This document shows positions 38,601 to 51,162 of a stretch of DNA of 64,000 nucleotides, piece by piece; the first letter of the stretch is position 1; every line of letters starts with the position of its first letter. This DNA is from Chiloscyllium plagiosum (lineage: Eukaryota). The DNA is taken from contig NC_057750.1 of NCBI RefSeq assembly GCF_004010195.1, forward strand, positions 7,771,946-7,835,945, given 5' to 3'. The translations under genes were made by a program, and so were the position numbers. The notes beneath the pieces were generated by a model. It was not told the DNA's origin and made no database searches. It saw only the letters and a list, made by a program, of their open reading frames with translations.

Positions 38601-41600
38601 CCAATCCTGAAGTCACTCAAGCAGCTTCGAGACCAGGTTATAGTGATCAGGACAGCATTCAACACTGACGTTCCCTTCCATAGTTTGGGGAGGGGATTGG
38701 GGTCTAACTGTATTGCCTCATCTGAGAGCAACCACCTCAGCACAAAACAGAGCCCAACACTGGGATTGTCTGGACTCAAGAACTACAGACGCCCACAAAA
38801 GCTGGTCTATTTGCAGTCAACCGATATGTTTGAAGGGAGCGGTAGGTGAGCAATATAGAAATATTAGCACGCTACTTCATTTCCTCCTTCACCTTGGTAT
38901 GAGCGATTGATGGACTGGATTTGGGAGAATGGTGACTGTGCTGGCCGATGGATCCCATGACAAAAGAACCATGTACAACCCCTGGATAGAGCAAGTTGGA
39001 CAGCCCAATTGTTTTTCTTTTGCTTTTCAAGTTCTTTAGAGTGGCTCAGCACCATTTCATGCATTGATTTTGAATTAGAATCCCTACTGTGTGGAAACAG
39101 ATCTTTTGGCCCAACAAGTCCATACCAACCCTCCGAAAAGAATCCAACCCAGACCCATTCCTCTAATTTACCCCTGACTCATGCACTAACCTATACATCC
39201 CTGAACACTATGGGCAATTTAACAGTCCAATTCACCTTCCCCTGCACATCTTTGGACTGTGGGAGGAAACCCACTCAGACACGGGGAGAATGTGCAAACT
39301 CCACATAGACAGTCGCCCGAGGCTGGAATCAAACCCGGGTCCCTGGTGCTGTGAGGCAGCAGTGCTAACCACTGTGCCATCGTGCCGCCTGTAAATTTAC
39401 CAACTAACTTAGCAAAGAGAGCATTTGTCCTTATTACGATAAGAAATACTTTGTTTTGAACCATCATATTTAGCAGAAGTGGCAAACTGATAAATCCAAG
39501 GAGAAAGCAAATATATTTTGACACAGTTAATTACTCAATGCATTGCATCAGCATTTTGGGGGAATGCCCAGAGTTTTGCATTACTTCCGTCTTAATACTC
39601 TCAAAGCCATTGCAGCAACCCTCATAACCACCACTCAATGTACTACTGAATAACAGGATGAGAACAATGGTATAATATGCTGAGCTCTGAAGAAGTGGCA
39701 AAGGATTAGTTCACCAGGATCTGCAATTGCAGATTTCTAAGTACCATTCCTTTCATTAACTATTTTAAGCTCTAGCGATTCTTTTCTCATAGAACAAAAA
39801 GCACTAAAGGGGTAGAATTTGTGCAGGATTCTCCTGATCACCCACCATCAATTTGACTTGATGTTTTTTAAACTTTAAAAAAAAAATGCATTCCCAAACT
39901 GTACCAACACAATTTCTCTAAAGGCAGATATGTGACATTCCCTACCCAGTTCACAACAATGTTTATCCTGATGCCATGAAGTATTACACCTGGGCCGTAC
40001 AAGCCAGGAAAGCCCCAGGGTTGATTCCCTGTCTGTGCTCTGTTATCTGATATTAACATGTCCAATCACTGCAAATTAGTAGCCAATGAAAGTGTGAAAG
40101 ATTAAAAGTCAGAGGAAGAAGTCACAGTTAAACTGCTTTGTTGAGTGCTTGTCAGATTAAAGTAAAGTTGGAGCAATCAAGCTGTCCTCTCCTGTCAGTA
40201 GTTGAAGTAATGAAGAAACATTGGAAAAGCATGGGTTTTCCATTCTCAAAAGGAAGCACTCAAAAAAATGATCTTTTAGAGTTGGTGAAGGGCCTGGAAA
40301 ATGGTTCTCTCAAAATTGCTTTAAATTAAATTGCCCAGAGGATGACAAATAGGTGCATTAGTTTATAAAAGCTACCCTTTGTTAATAGAGTACATTCAAC
40401 ACCGTCAGGCTAAGTGATCCTCAGATTATGAAATGAGAGGCAACTTACAAGCCCCCCCTAACTGTGTGTTACTACATTCATATTCTTTTGAGCCTAAGTT
40501 GGAGATCCTTGGTCCATATGCGTGTATGTCCCCTCATAATACTCCCTATTGGGGAAGGGATAGGGCAAAGAGTGATGAACCTGTATCTCTGTGACATGTG
40601 CCTGCTGCTGTATTCCAGCAAGTCAATGCTTAATTGGTACAAGATGGATAACTGGCCAGGGAACGAAAACTTAATCACACCGGTGGCAGGCTGCATTAGA
40701 AAAGTAGTCCAACATTAAAAAATAACTTATGCCAGCACAACAACTGCTGTCGCCCCTTTATATGGTTTGACCTACACTCTGCTACTTCTTTTACTTGTTC
40801 CACACAGCCCACGATCGGGTACCTATACAAAATTTACCAAAGCAATTTTCTTTTAAAGTTTAAAACATATACATATTGTGTAGAGTTCAGTGAAGACAGG
40901 CCCCAATAGAGCTTTGCTACGAAATATGTGGAGGGGGAACAACCCAGCACTGCAAACCCAGGATCCTGAACTTCATGGCTGGAGGGAAGTTATCTTCATT
41001 CACTGATTCAAAGGCAACCGTTCCGGGAGAAATGTGGGATCAACCCTTATAGAAGAGCAGATACCAGTCTGAAAGGAAGAGAACACAGAATGAAACATAA
41101 AACATTAAAAAAAGTTGCTTTTGCATTCAACCACCAGGAGGCAGATGTGAGCTTTTCAAAATCATTCTTATAAATTTTTGTTAAAATTTAATTTAAAAAA
41201 ACAGAATTCCTGACTTCTTGCAGCAGTGTTTGCACATGCATGTGGACTGTACAGTGTTGTAATTCTCCATAAACTTGTCCAAACGACCATGTTACACATA
41301 TCAATCTGGAGAGGGATTATCAAAAGAATGATGATTATCACCAATCCTAAATTTTCCCTCCCTCCAGTCATTTCAAATGGGCACTGTGAGATAAAAGACA
41401 AGTGAAGAGAAATCAGAGGAAGGAACTTTGAGTTTAATTCTCTCAGCTCCTCCTGTGTCAAGTGTACCAGCCCAGTTCTGACACCAGCTGAGACTGAATG
41501 CAGTTCAGGCATCATCTCTGGGACATTACCGATGCACTGCTAATTAAGACATTTAATTAAATATGATATGCACACTTTGCCAATTTCCCCATTTCAATAA

Positions 41601-42819
41601 TTTGATGCAAGTTGCTGTTCTACTTCCCAAATGAGAAAAAAGGTTAATTCCTTTAACTTGAATATTTGAAGTTAAAGTATATTCTGATGTTGAAAAAGGA
41701 GAGTTAACATAATTAGAAATGACCTTATTTTTCAATCGTGATTTTATTGCGTTGATACTAATAAATGCAGTTATCAAATTTAATCATTGCAGTTATTAAC
41801 TTTAAGTTTAAATCCATTAATTCCCATATAATTGAAGCTGCCATTAACAACAGATCCTGTTTGAAACAGGATTTCCCACTAGTAAAACATGGTATAGAGG
41901 GAAACATTAGAGTTGAAGTAGAAGCTCAGCCTTAAGGGTTGTGCGGATTTGAGGATCCTTTGGCTTACCCCTTTCCGATTTCTTACTTTTTCAATTTATG
42001 CCTGCAACTGAGCTAAAATCAGATCACCTAAATCTTAAGGCCATAAACTCCAAAAAAGGAAAACTAATGGATAAGAAATAGAAGGGCACTAAAGGCCAGG
42101 AAACCTGAGTTTTGAGTTCGTGATGATCAGGAACCGTAGAGATCCATGCCCTCAGGCACATAACTAGAGCTAGTGTGAGTAGACAACATTAAAACATGAC
42201 TCCTATTCCTGACAGGAGCTGAATACTGAAGTGTGCCAACTACCAAAGCTTGCATTATTATTATATATAAATAACTACACACTTTCCCCACAATTTGCTT
42301 GATTCTTGTCAATAGAAGGATGTTAAGGCCACTTGCATCCTTCCAACGACTTAGTCTCATGAGTGAGTTCAGGCAGGATTGGCCGGCTATTTGACTGAAC
42401 AGCACTGCAGTCAACTCCAATCTGGCCCTCACCTATCAGGCATATGTATTAATCATGAAGAGTGGGAACATTAATTAAAATCTGGGCTCTTGGCATGTAG
42501 CAAGCTGCCAGCCCTTAATGGCCTTTATGATTTAATAGACCATGGAGACACCACCTACTACTACAAAAAAACCGTACACAGCATGGTGGTTCAGTGGTTA
42601 GCACTGCTGCCTCACAGCGCCAGGTACCCATGTTCAATTCCAGCCTCGGGCAACTGTCTGTGCGGAGTTTGCACATTCCCCCAGTGTCCGCGTGGGTTTC
42701 CTCCGGGTGCTCCTGTTTCCTCCCATAATCCAAACATGCGCAAGTTAGGTGAATTGACCATGCTAAATTGCCCATAGTGTTAGGTGCATTAGTCAGGGAT
42801 AAATGTAGGGCCAAATCTA

Positions 42820-43035
42820 ATCAAAAACAAAAATTGCTGGAAGAGCTCAGCAGGTCTGGCAACTTCTGTGGAGAGAAATCAGAGTTAACTTTTCAGGTCA
42901 AATGACCTCAGAAGGGTCGCTTGACCCAAAATGTTGACTGATTTCTCTCCACAGATGCTGCCAGACCTGCTGAGCTTTTCCAGCAATTTCTGTTTTTGTT
43001 TCTGATTTACAGCATCCACAGTTCTTTCAGTTTTT
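42820..43035. mobile_element. Fold-back PLE-terminal element (older subfamily; related pieces at about 1170-1230, 18410-18525, 24690-24750, 26995-27110, 51355-51455, 56990-57115)
   Basis: TGCTGGAAGAGCTCAGCAGGTCTGGC...TGTGGAGAGA is inverted against TCTCTCCACAGATGCTGCCAGACCTGCTGAGC. Confidence 0.7.
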
Positions 43036-43396
43036 GTTTAGCAACAAATATAGTTTGATCAAGCTTTTGACAGTGCTAAACAATTCCTCCAGGTCACTAG
43101 GTCCAACCAATAATCTCACTCAAAATTCATTGCTGCATACATACCGTTTAGCTTAACTTGTGGTACTTTTAACATTTTTGTATGGTACCATAAAAGGGAG
43201 CTTGGCAGTGGCCTTGACCGTTGTTGGATGGTACCCCAACCATTATACTCATGTGCAAGTGTGCAACATAGTGAGCTCACTGCCTCAAAATTCTTTTTAC
43301 AATGATGGAATAAGGAGGAGTAAAAATCGTTTCACAGGCTTTGCAGTGCTGAAGCTCACCTGCTCACAGGAATGAGACCGGAGAGGTGATATTGCG

Positions 43397-43566
43397 TCAT
43401 ACGAATACTTTGGCAAGGGCATCTGCTCCTGCACTGGCAATGTAGGCTTTGCTCGGGTGAAAGGTGACATCATGGATTGCCTCATCATACTTCTTTCGGT
43501 GCGCTGTGATCTCTTGAACGCAGGTCTTGTTGTCCAGGTTCCAGAGCCGTATTGAACAGTCATGAC
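43397..43566 (-). CDS. STRN4: STRN4 last coding exon (HDCSIRLWNLDNKTCVQEITAHRKKYDEAIHDVTFHPSKAYIASAGADALAKVFV*)
   Basis: aacAG acceptor. TGA at 43397-43399. Canonical striatin C-terminus. Confidence 0.96.
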
Positions 43567-44245
43567 CTGTTTAATTGGGCACACTCAAGCATTTAAACAC
43601 TACATATTTGCATAGAAACCAAAAGAAAAAAGCATATACTTCTATCGCACACATCATTCCCCCTAGAACATTCCAAATTGCTTTACAGCCAATGAGATAT
43701 GATCATTACTGTTACAGTTAAGTACAAGAGTCAAACAGCAATGATGTAAACACCTGGTTAATCTGGTTTCTGGTGGTGTAGGTGTTGATATACGAAATAG
43801 AATAGTAATTCATTAAGGTTGTTGTTGAATGAAGTGTTAGCTTTAAAAAAAATGAAAAAATGCAACTCATTGGCTGCAAAACACTGATGTGGTGAAAGAT
43901 GGTTTATAAACTCAGGATTACATATAGTTGTTTGGCAGTACAGAACTCAAGTCTTGTTGAAAGAAAGAGACATGTTTTCTTGAAGCTTTTCACTTTGCAC
44001 CCATCAAGACAATTTACAAGAAATATCAACGTAAAAGGAAAGTAACATTTCTACAGTATGAACGGAGAATAATAATTGTGTCAATCAGAATTGTCCTGGA
44101 GAGTGCAATATAAAAAGCTTTACCCAAAATGTGTCTTTTTCTTCCCAACTATACTCAAGTCAGGGCTTTTCCTCTCGTGTTTTATAGACTGCAGAATACA
44201 ACAGTACAAACAATCGCCAAGCAAAGGTAGTTCAGTGATACTTAC

Positions 44246-44332
44246 TCCCTGACATCAGGAAAACTCCATTAGGGTCAACAGCAAGAGAGGTGACTGCATC
44301 CAAGTGGGCAACCATTGAATGGATCATTTTTC
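44246..44332 (-). CDS. taaAG: STRN4 WD40 exon (KMIHSMVAHLDAVTSLAVDPNGVFLMSG)
   Basis: Gene is STRN4. taaAG acceptor, A|GTAAGT donor. 87 nt, phase 1/1. HSMVAHLDAVTSLAVDPNG is invariant in striatins. Confidence 0.95.
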
Positions 44333-44944
44333 CTTTAAGGTGGATTAAAGAACATCACAGAAAGATATCAGTTAGATAGATGATAATTCTTCATATTCTT
44401 TATTCTCCACATCCATTTGGCTCATCAGTTCTTTTTTCCCTCTCTCTTCCTCGACTCTGAAGAGTTACGTATGGGTGGAATGGTCGTCTGATTAAGAGGT
44501 ACCACCTGATACTTTTGTGTAATGTTTAAAGGTCAGGCCTAGGTATTCTTAAAACGCAAAGCAATCCTGGCAGAATGCAATTAAAACAATTTCCACCAAC
44601 ATCAGATTAGGGTGAATGTTGAATATCCACAAGGAAAGCAAACTTCTCATTTCAGATATTCAAAATCTCAAGCCATTCGAAGTTTGATACTGAGCAGGAA
44701 ATGGATCTGTAGATTTCGACCATCCAAGAAACTCAAGGCTCTGCCCGATTGCTTTTCTTTGTGCGTTAAAGGTGGATATCTCTTTGCTTAACCTGCTGAG
44801 TTTGGCCCTTTACTCGGCCATTCACATTATGTAGAAATATTAAAGCTCATCCTCAAGTATGTAAGAAACGCTGTTCATTATACCATTTCCAGCTGCCACA
44901 TTCTGCTACCTCATTCTCCTCTGAATGCCTTCCCATCTCAATGT

Positions 44945-45690
44945 CTTTTTTTTTGTTCACTCACAGGATTCGGGCATCGCTAACTAAGCTAACATTTACT
45001 GCCTATCTCTGGATGCTATCAAGATGATGATGGTGAGCTGTCTTCTTGAATGCTGTCCATTTGGTGTAGGGAGGGAACTCCAGGATTTTGACTCAATAAC
45101 AGTGAAGAATGGTGATATAGTTATATGTCAGGGTGGTGATTGGCTTGGAGAGGACCCTACAGGTCATGGTTCTCCCATATATCGGCTGCCCTTGTCCTTC
45201 TAGATGGCAACGGTTTTGGGTTTGGAAGGTGTTGACTAAAAAGCCTTGGTGAATTTCTGCAATGCATCGTGTAGCTGGTGCACATGGCTGCTACTGAGAA
45301 GGTGGTGAGGGAAGTGGATGTTTGTTGACATGATTCCAAGCAAAGCAGGCTTTGTTCTATAAGGGTGTCATGTTTCATTTGTTAGAGCTGCACTCATACA
45401 GGAAAATGGTAGTATTCCACCACAGGAAGAAAGTGAGGACTGCAGATGCTGGAGATCAGAGTCCAGGGTTGGGTGCTGGAAAAGCACAGCAGGTCAGGCA
45501 GCAGTCAAGGAGCACGACAATCGCTTGTGCCCAAAACGTCGATTCTCCTGCTCCTCGGATGCTGCCCGACCTGCTGTGTTTTTCCAACACCACACTCTCG
45601 ACAGTATTCCACACCACATTCCTGACCTGTACCTTGTAGAAGGTGCACTGGCTCTGCAGAGTCAGAAAGAGTTAATTGCTGCAGAGTTCC
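44945..45690 (-). mobile_element. LINE 3' fragment sharing its tail with the 6875-type SINE, with a fold-back PLE inserted (45421-45602)
   Basis: Similar to 28830-29040 and 12410-12510. PLE TSD AGTATTCCAC at 45411-45420 and 45603-45612. Confidence 0.7.
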
Positions 45691-45816
45691 TAGCCTCTGG
45701 TCTTTACCTGTTCAGACTACAAATTTCACTGTTTAGAACAATTCAGTGAACTTCTGATCTCAACTGCCACATGTACAATCTCTGAATAAACCATCAAATA
45801 AACTTTCGTTTTTTAC

Positions 45817-45915
45817 CTGTCTTGTTGTCAAAGAACCGAATACACCTGTCGTCATGCGCAGTAATAGTTACTGGCAGCTTGGGGTGGCTGACAACTCGGT
45901 TAATCTGATTAGCAG
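45817..45915 (-). CDS. STRN4: STRN4 WD40 exon (ANQINRVVSHPKLPVTITAHDDRCIRFFDNKT)
   Basis: ctgttcAG acceptor, G|GTAAAA donor. 99 nt, phase 1/1. AHDDR is STRN4-type (AHEDR in STRN/STRN3). Confidence 0.95.
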
Positions 45916-47102
45916 CTGAACAGAGAGAAAAAGAAAATGTATTTAACCCAACCAGATTTTCCAAGGTCATTTTGTTTTACAAAATTAACCGGGATTTACA
46001 CAATCAGGAACCATATTTTGTAATTTTAAAGTCTAATATAATTTTGGAATTTACAGAAACACAGAAAAAAGGAGCAGAGTAGGCCATTCTGCCCTGTGAG
46101 CCCACTCCGCCATTCAATATGGCTGATCATCCAACTCAGTATCCTCTTCCTGCTTTCTCCCCAGACCCTTTAGCCCTAAGAATACATCTATCTCATATGT
46201 TAAGAGGGTGTAGGGATTTGCAATGGTACTTTTAACTTGCTTTGTATACAGTATGGTGATTACCCACACCCACAATTCCCCTCAAGGCTGGGAAATGGCC
46301 AACTTCTTTCAATCTAGTTATGTAGCAAGCAAACAGGCAATCAGACCAACTGATCTATGCCAGACATTATGCTCCTCATTCTGTTTTTTTTATCTAGCCC
46401 CATCAATGTATCTTTCTATTTCTTTCTCCCTCAGGTGTTTGCTTTCTTTCTGTTAAATACTTCTCTATTTAGCTCACTCACACAATGGTAGCAAGTTCCA
46501 CGTTATAAGTACTCGCAGAGTAAACTTGCTTGAATTGATTTATTTGTGTTCTCACAACAAATGGCAAACATCTTCTCTGTGCCTAGCTTAGCAAGGCCCC
46601 TCATAACCTTAAGATCCAACAGATTACATCTTGGCCTTCTCTTTCCTAGATGAGTAAGCCTCTTTAATATTTCTGAACCGCTATAACTTCTCAGTTCTGT
46701 TAGTGTCCTCATAAATCTTGTTCTTGCATCCTCCAAAGCCTCAATTTGGCTTCTTCCAATTACTTCAAAACATCGTTAACATCTTCTGTGATGAAATCAC
46801 AGGATTATGTATGACTCAAAAGGATATAATTTCTGGAAAGTTCTTAGTGGGTGGTTAATCGACATATCTTATGCATGCTTTTGTCAGAGACGGAGGTCAA
46901 CAGAAACCACGTATAGCCTTATTACCCAACTGATACAATCTGAATACACCTGATTCACAAACATTCCAGCAAAACATAGGAAAAATAGCTCCATATGAAA
47001 GGAGCAAATAACAACAGGTTAGAGGTGTAGAGCTCTACAAGTAAGACACGAGTCACTTACAGGTTGTAACCCCTCTTTACTAGCCCCCATGTGTCAGCTT
47101 AC

Positions 47103-47243
47103 CAGTGTCAGATGTTTTAGAATCCAGGGTCATTACTGGCTGCAATGCCTGCAGGTCATATATGACCACATCGCCGTTCGTGAAGGAAGCTACAGCATGA
47201 TCAGGATCACTCACAAAGGCAACAGAGGTAGGAATTCCATTTT
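47103..47243 (-). CDS. STRN4: STRN4 exon (ENGIPTSVAFVSDPDHAVASFTNGDVVIYDLQALQPVMTLDSKTSDT)
   Basis: ctgcAG acceptor, G|GTAAGC donor. 141 nt, phase 1/1. PTSVAF is STRN4-type (STRN3 has PTSVDF, from memory). Confidence 0.94.
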
Positions 47244-48062
47244 CTGCAGAACAGAAAAATAACTTTGACCACAAAATGTAAGTAGTTAGTTACTGTGTTA
47301 CTATACTGTACTTCTATCTTGCAGCCCTCAGGGCATTATAATTGTATGACCAATATCAATTGCATACGTTTGATAAATGCTAGCATTTATTATCCAAATT
47401 GTAGTTCAATGGCTGATACAGCCTGTAGTTGAACTATACAAATCAGTTAGGGCCCACATTACAGTTAAAATGACCAAATCAAATCTAAACAATTATCATT
47501 TCAACTGGCCCAAGGGTCAAGAAAAAATAGGAGTTTCTGCTCCTGAATCCAACAACTGGAAAGTATTTGAGTGTGTGTTTCATCTCTTCGTTTCAATATT
47601 CTCTTGTGTTAAAAAGCCTGACATTGGTACTTTTTCACCTGTGGGCATCAAACAAAGTCCCAGTTCCGCATGAAGGAACAGCATCCTAGCAAAGAGTGGG
47701 GCATCTCAAGGATAAGAAGCTAAAAGACTAAGAAGAAACTACAATAATTAAACATTACATTTTAATTCTTCCTTCATTGCTTTAGATCTGACAATTCACT
47801 CCATCTTGCTCTGGCTCAGCTACAAGAGCTCCAAATTTAATGAGGGGCAGGGCTATCAACCCTGCAGCAGATGATACACCCCTGTCTGGTAGGCAGCAAC
47901 TATGTCTCTCTTCTGTACCACTAGTTGGTCTTTATCTTCTCTTCCAGAAGGTAGCAACTCCCTACTTCTAATACACATCTCAGAAAGGTAGCCTTACTCT
48001 AGTATCCCTTTTCCTAATCATCCCAGAGACACCATATGTTTGACTCCCAAGCCTTTACTCAC

Positions 48063-48230
48063 CCTTCTCTCTGGTGTACGTACTAACACATGCTGGATTT
48101 GCGGTTGCGTCCCACAACCTAATAGTTCCATCTGCTGAACAAGAAATGAGGCGGTTCTTTGGGATATTAAATGCAAGTCCCCAAACCGTATCTGTGTGAC
48201 CATTTAGTGTTCTGGACAGAATGCTCTCAT
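48063..48230 (-). CDS. STRN4: STRN4 WD40 exon ([55 protein letters not shown])
   Basis: ttttacAG acceptor, G|GTGAGT donor. 168 nt, phase 1/1. GH...WD repeat. Confidence 0.95.
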
Positions 48231-48820
48231 CTGTAAAAACAAGGATATTCTTACTACTGAATGATAAATTGCATGACAGAGAAAACAGAGTCTTAACAAC
48301 ACGATTAGCTCATAAACATAATTACACCACCTATCAGGTCTGACCCTTCCAGTGTCTCATTTCTTTGGGATACCCAGGCTTTGCTTCTCTACATTTTAAC
48401 CACTTTCAAAAAAAGGTTACAAGTAAATATCAGCAGGAGTGTACATTAAATGGTTGATCCCTCATGACCTCGTTTGGTCAGCACAACAATGCAGATTTAG
48501 TTGACATTAAAAAAATGACAACTAATATTGTTGTTCAGATAAAACATAGAATGGGAAATGATTGGAGAATAAACATCAGCATGTTCAGGAGAAAAAAAAA
48601 GAGTAAAGAGGGAAAGTCAGCAAGGAAATAAATAAAATAGATAAAAGCCTAAACACAACTGGATATTCATAAAATGTTTGAACATCACCCTAGTTAATGA
48701 CCAGAACAGTTAAAAGTCAATTGTTATCTATCATTCATTACTGTACATAATGAGTCCTGGTCATCTTGCATTTGAAGGTCTATCAGCATGCTACTCTGTT
48801 AAATACTACTTAGCACATAC

Positions 48821-48942
48821 CATAAGTGTCATATGGATCAATGTTCAAGCTTGGAATATTCCAGCAGCAAATTGTGCCATCAAGTCCTCCACTGAAGCAC
48901 TGGTCCCCTTTTGAACTAACCGCTAAAGATAACACTGGATCT
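48821..48942 (-). CDS. STRN4: STRN4 WD40 exon (DPVLSLAVSSKGDQCFSGGLDGTICCWNIPSLNIDPYDTY)
   Basis: ttacAG acceptor, G|GTATGT donor. 122 nt, phase 2/1. Confidence 0.95.
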
Positions 48943-49252
48943 CTGTAACAGGAGAGGCAGAGATTTAAAAAAAAAAGAGCCAAGTACAATTAAAATTGCT
49001 TGACAAGTGTTATCAGAATTCCCAAAGCAATACCAATGTAGTGCAGTTCAATAATTTCCCACTGTCCTAATGACTACGACTCAGCTGGAGTACAGTTACA
49101 AGTTAGCTCCCAGTCAGGCACTCTATTTCAACACCTATGAGCACAGTGGCTAGCGTTTACACCATTTCAGTTGTCCTGGTGAGATCCACAAAGTATCGAC
49201 TCTGAATCAAATCTGGAACAGAGTATGCAGATAGCGTGACCCCATGGACAAA

Positions 49253-49336
49253 TGAACTCAGTGTTTGATTAATTAAAGCTGTTAACTTCCAATATGAACT
49301 CAGTGTTTGATTAATTAAAGCTGTTAACTTCCAATA
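49253..49336. repeat. Perfect 2 x 42-bp tandem duplication
   Basis: TGAACTCAGTGTTTGATTAATTAAAGCTGTTAACTTCCAATA occurs twice. Confidence 0.97.
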
Positions 49337-49454
49337 AGAACGTTGAATTATCAATTTGAATGAATCAAGTAACAGCATCTAAATGGGAATTTGGAATTAA
49401 GAGATTATTTGCATCATCTAAGATTGATGGGCTAACTGATAATTATATACTCAC

Positions 49455-49502
49455 ACGTGTCCCCTGAACGTATAAATTGGTTCCACATCCAACGCAGTAC
49501 TC
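49455..49502 (-). CDS. STRN4: STRN4 48-nt exon (STALDVEPIYTFRGH)
   Basis: tctAG acceptor, GT|GTGAGT donor, phase 2/2. LDVEPIYTFR motif. Confidence 0.94.
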
Positions 49503-50056
49503 CTAGAACAAAATAAAATTAAACACCTAAGTGGACGTTTTTCTCTTCCAATAACATCCTTTCAGGATTTTCTAAAAACTAAAGCTTTATTGCCAATGTA
49601 AAATTTTTAGCTGCTTTTTATGCAACTTGTCCATTTTCAGTCTCCAACGGCCATCTGAAAATTGAAATAAAACAGGTCTCCACAAAACAGGCAACCAGTT
49701 AGAGTCATTTCCCATTTGAATTCGAACAGATACACTTAACAGTTTCAAGGAGTTGCTTTAGATCTGTAACTTGTGATATTAGTATATGCCACATATAGTA
49801 TAACATTAGCTTCAAAAGGGAATAAGAGATGAACAGGGAAAGGAAGTAACTCTTGACGCATCCACTGTAGAAACACGTCTTCCAACTAGTAATTAACTGC
49901 CCCATGAACAACTTCAGAATTTCAAATGGTGAGAAGCATTACTGTTGGGAAATAGAATGCTTTCTAACTGGTCTACCTAACACCAGTGATGTGCACTCAT
50001 TAGATCCAGAGGCAGTGTTCCAACAATAAACCTTATCTTCAAACTTAACTGCAATA

Positions 50057-50851
50057 CAGAGGAACCTCGATTATCCGATAAAGGTGGGCGGGCACTATTT
50101 CATTCAGTTAACTGAATAATCAATTATCTGAGTTCCTCTGGGGCTCGGAGTTTTCTGTGAAGTCAACTCCCTGTTCAGAAGACTAGGCAGCAACACACCC
50201 CGGGCAAGCCCCTGCCCCTGTCCATTCCCCAACCCTGCCACTTCCACCAGCTCCACAAATCCTATCCACATCCCCCCACCTTCTGACCCCTGTCTGCACT
50301 CCCGCTCCTTGGCCAACCCGTCCCCACCCCCACCATCAGCCTCCCCCGATTCCCCTAACCTCCTCCCACCCACCCACTTCTCCGGAGAAGCTGGACTGGA
50401 CACCAACAGTAAGACTGCTGCTGCCATTGTGGGGGTAAGTCTCCAAATAGCACGCGTGCGCGCATGCACATGCACACACACACATGCATGCACAAGGTTT
50501 TACTGCAACATTTTGACAGGTTCCACCTCTGCCCTGTATAGAGCAATATTCGAGAGGTTATCTGGGGAAGGGGGTATAGGGTTCACCCCTATGTAGAATG
50601 CCAGGAAAAGTGTAGGGGGGGGGAAAGAGAGAGCGAGCAGAAAGTCAGTCATTTAGAGACGGTGCCTGGACTGTCCAGGACTGTTCTTGGCAGCATTTCA
50701 GTGAACCAAGTTAGTTTTTAAACCTGTAAACAAAAGATGCGAACAGGGTTGAAACAGCTCTTTAACGTAATGTTTCTATCAGGACCTTGAGGTCCCCTTC
50801 AGATAATCTGAAATTCAGATAAATGATATTTGGATAATCGAGGTTCCTCTG
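50057..50851. mobile_element. Non-autonomous Tc1/mariner (pogo/Tigger-type) DNA transposon
   Basis: Perfect 20-bp TIRs CAGAGGAACCTCGATTATCC (50057-50076 / 50832-50851) flanked by TA on both sides. No transposase ORF. Confidence 0.9.
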
Positions 50852-51162
50852 TAGTATGAATTATTTTCTATTCCACGCCTCAGGTACCCCCTCTGAACAA
50901 GCTCGCCTGCTTCGTATAAATTATGGACAATTATTGACCCACAGTCATCTCAAATGGGAGCAAGACTTTTGCTCTCTCTGGGTGGCTAAAGCTGCAAGTT
51001 CATGATCTAACCCACCACAATACTCGGCCCTTTGAAAAGACTAACCCAACAGAACTGTACAGGATTCAGTAATATCAAGAAATTGTTAATTTACCAACTT
51101 CAGCCTGCTTTGCTCAGTTCTAATCAGAAACAAACTGATCTCACGATGCAGAAAAAAATTAC

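Larger units (their letters stand above)
34165..41068 (-). other. STRN4: Putative non-coding terminal exon / long 3'UTR of STRN4
   Basis: Donor CAG|GTGAGC at 43360/43359. Acceptor ttctgtgttctcttcctttcAG at 41069-41070. The stretch is AT-rich and unusually TE-poor and ends in AATAAA. Extent is inferred. Confidence 0.6.

Noticed and set aside
39040..39070. miR-29 gene (AGCACCATTT match)
   Set aside because: The match is only 10 nt and there is no precursor hairpin. It is better read as a target site on the opposite strand.
43297..43584. ORF-track proteins at 43297-43584 and 48018-48203
   Set aside because: Wrong-frame readings of genuine STRN4 exons.
50104..50596. Pro- and Gly-rich ORFs
   Set aside because: Low-complexity interior of a non-autonomous DNA transposon.
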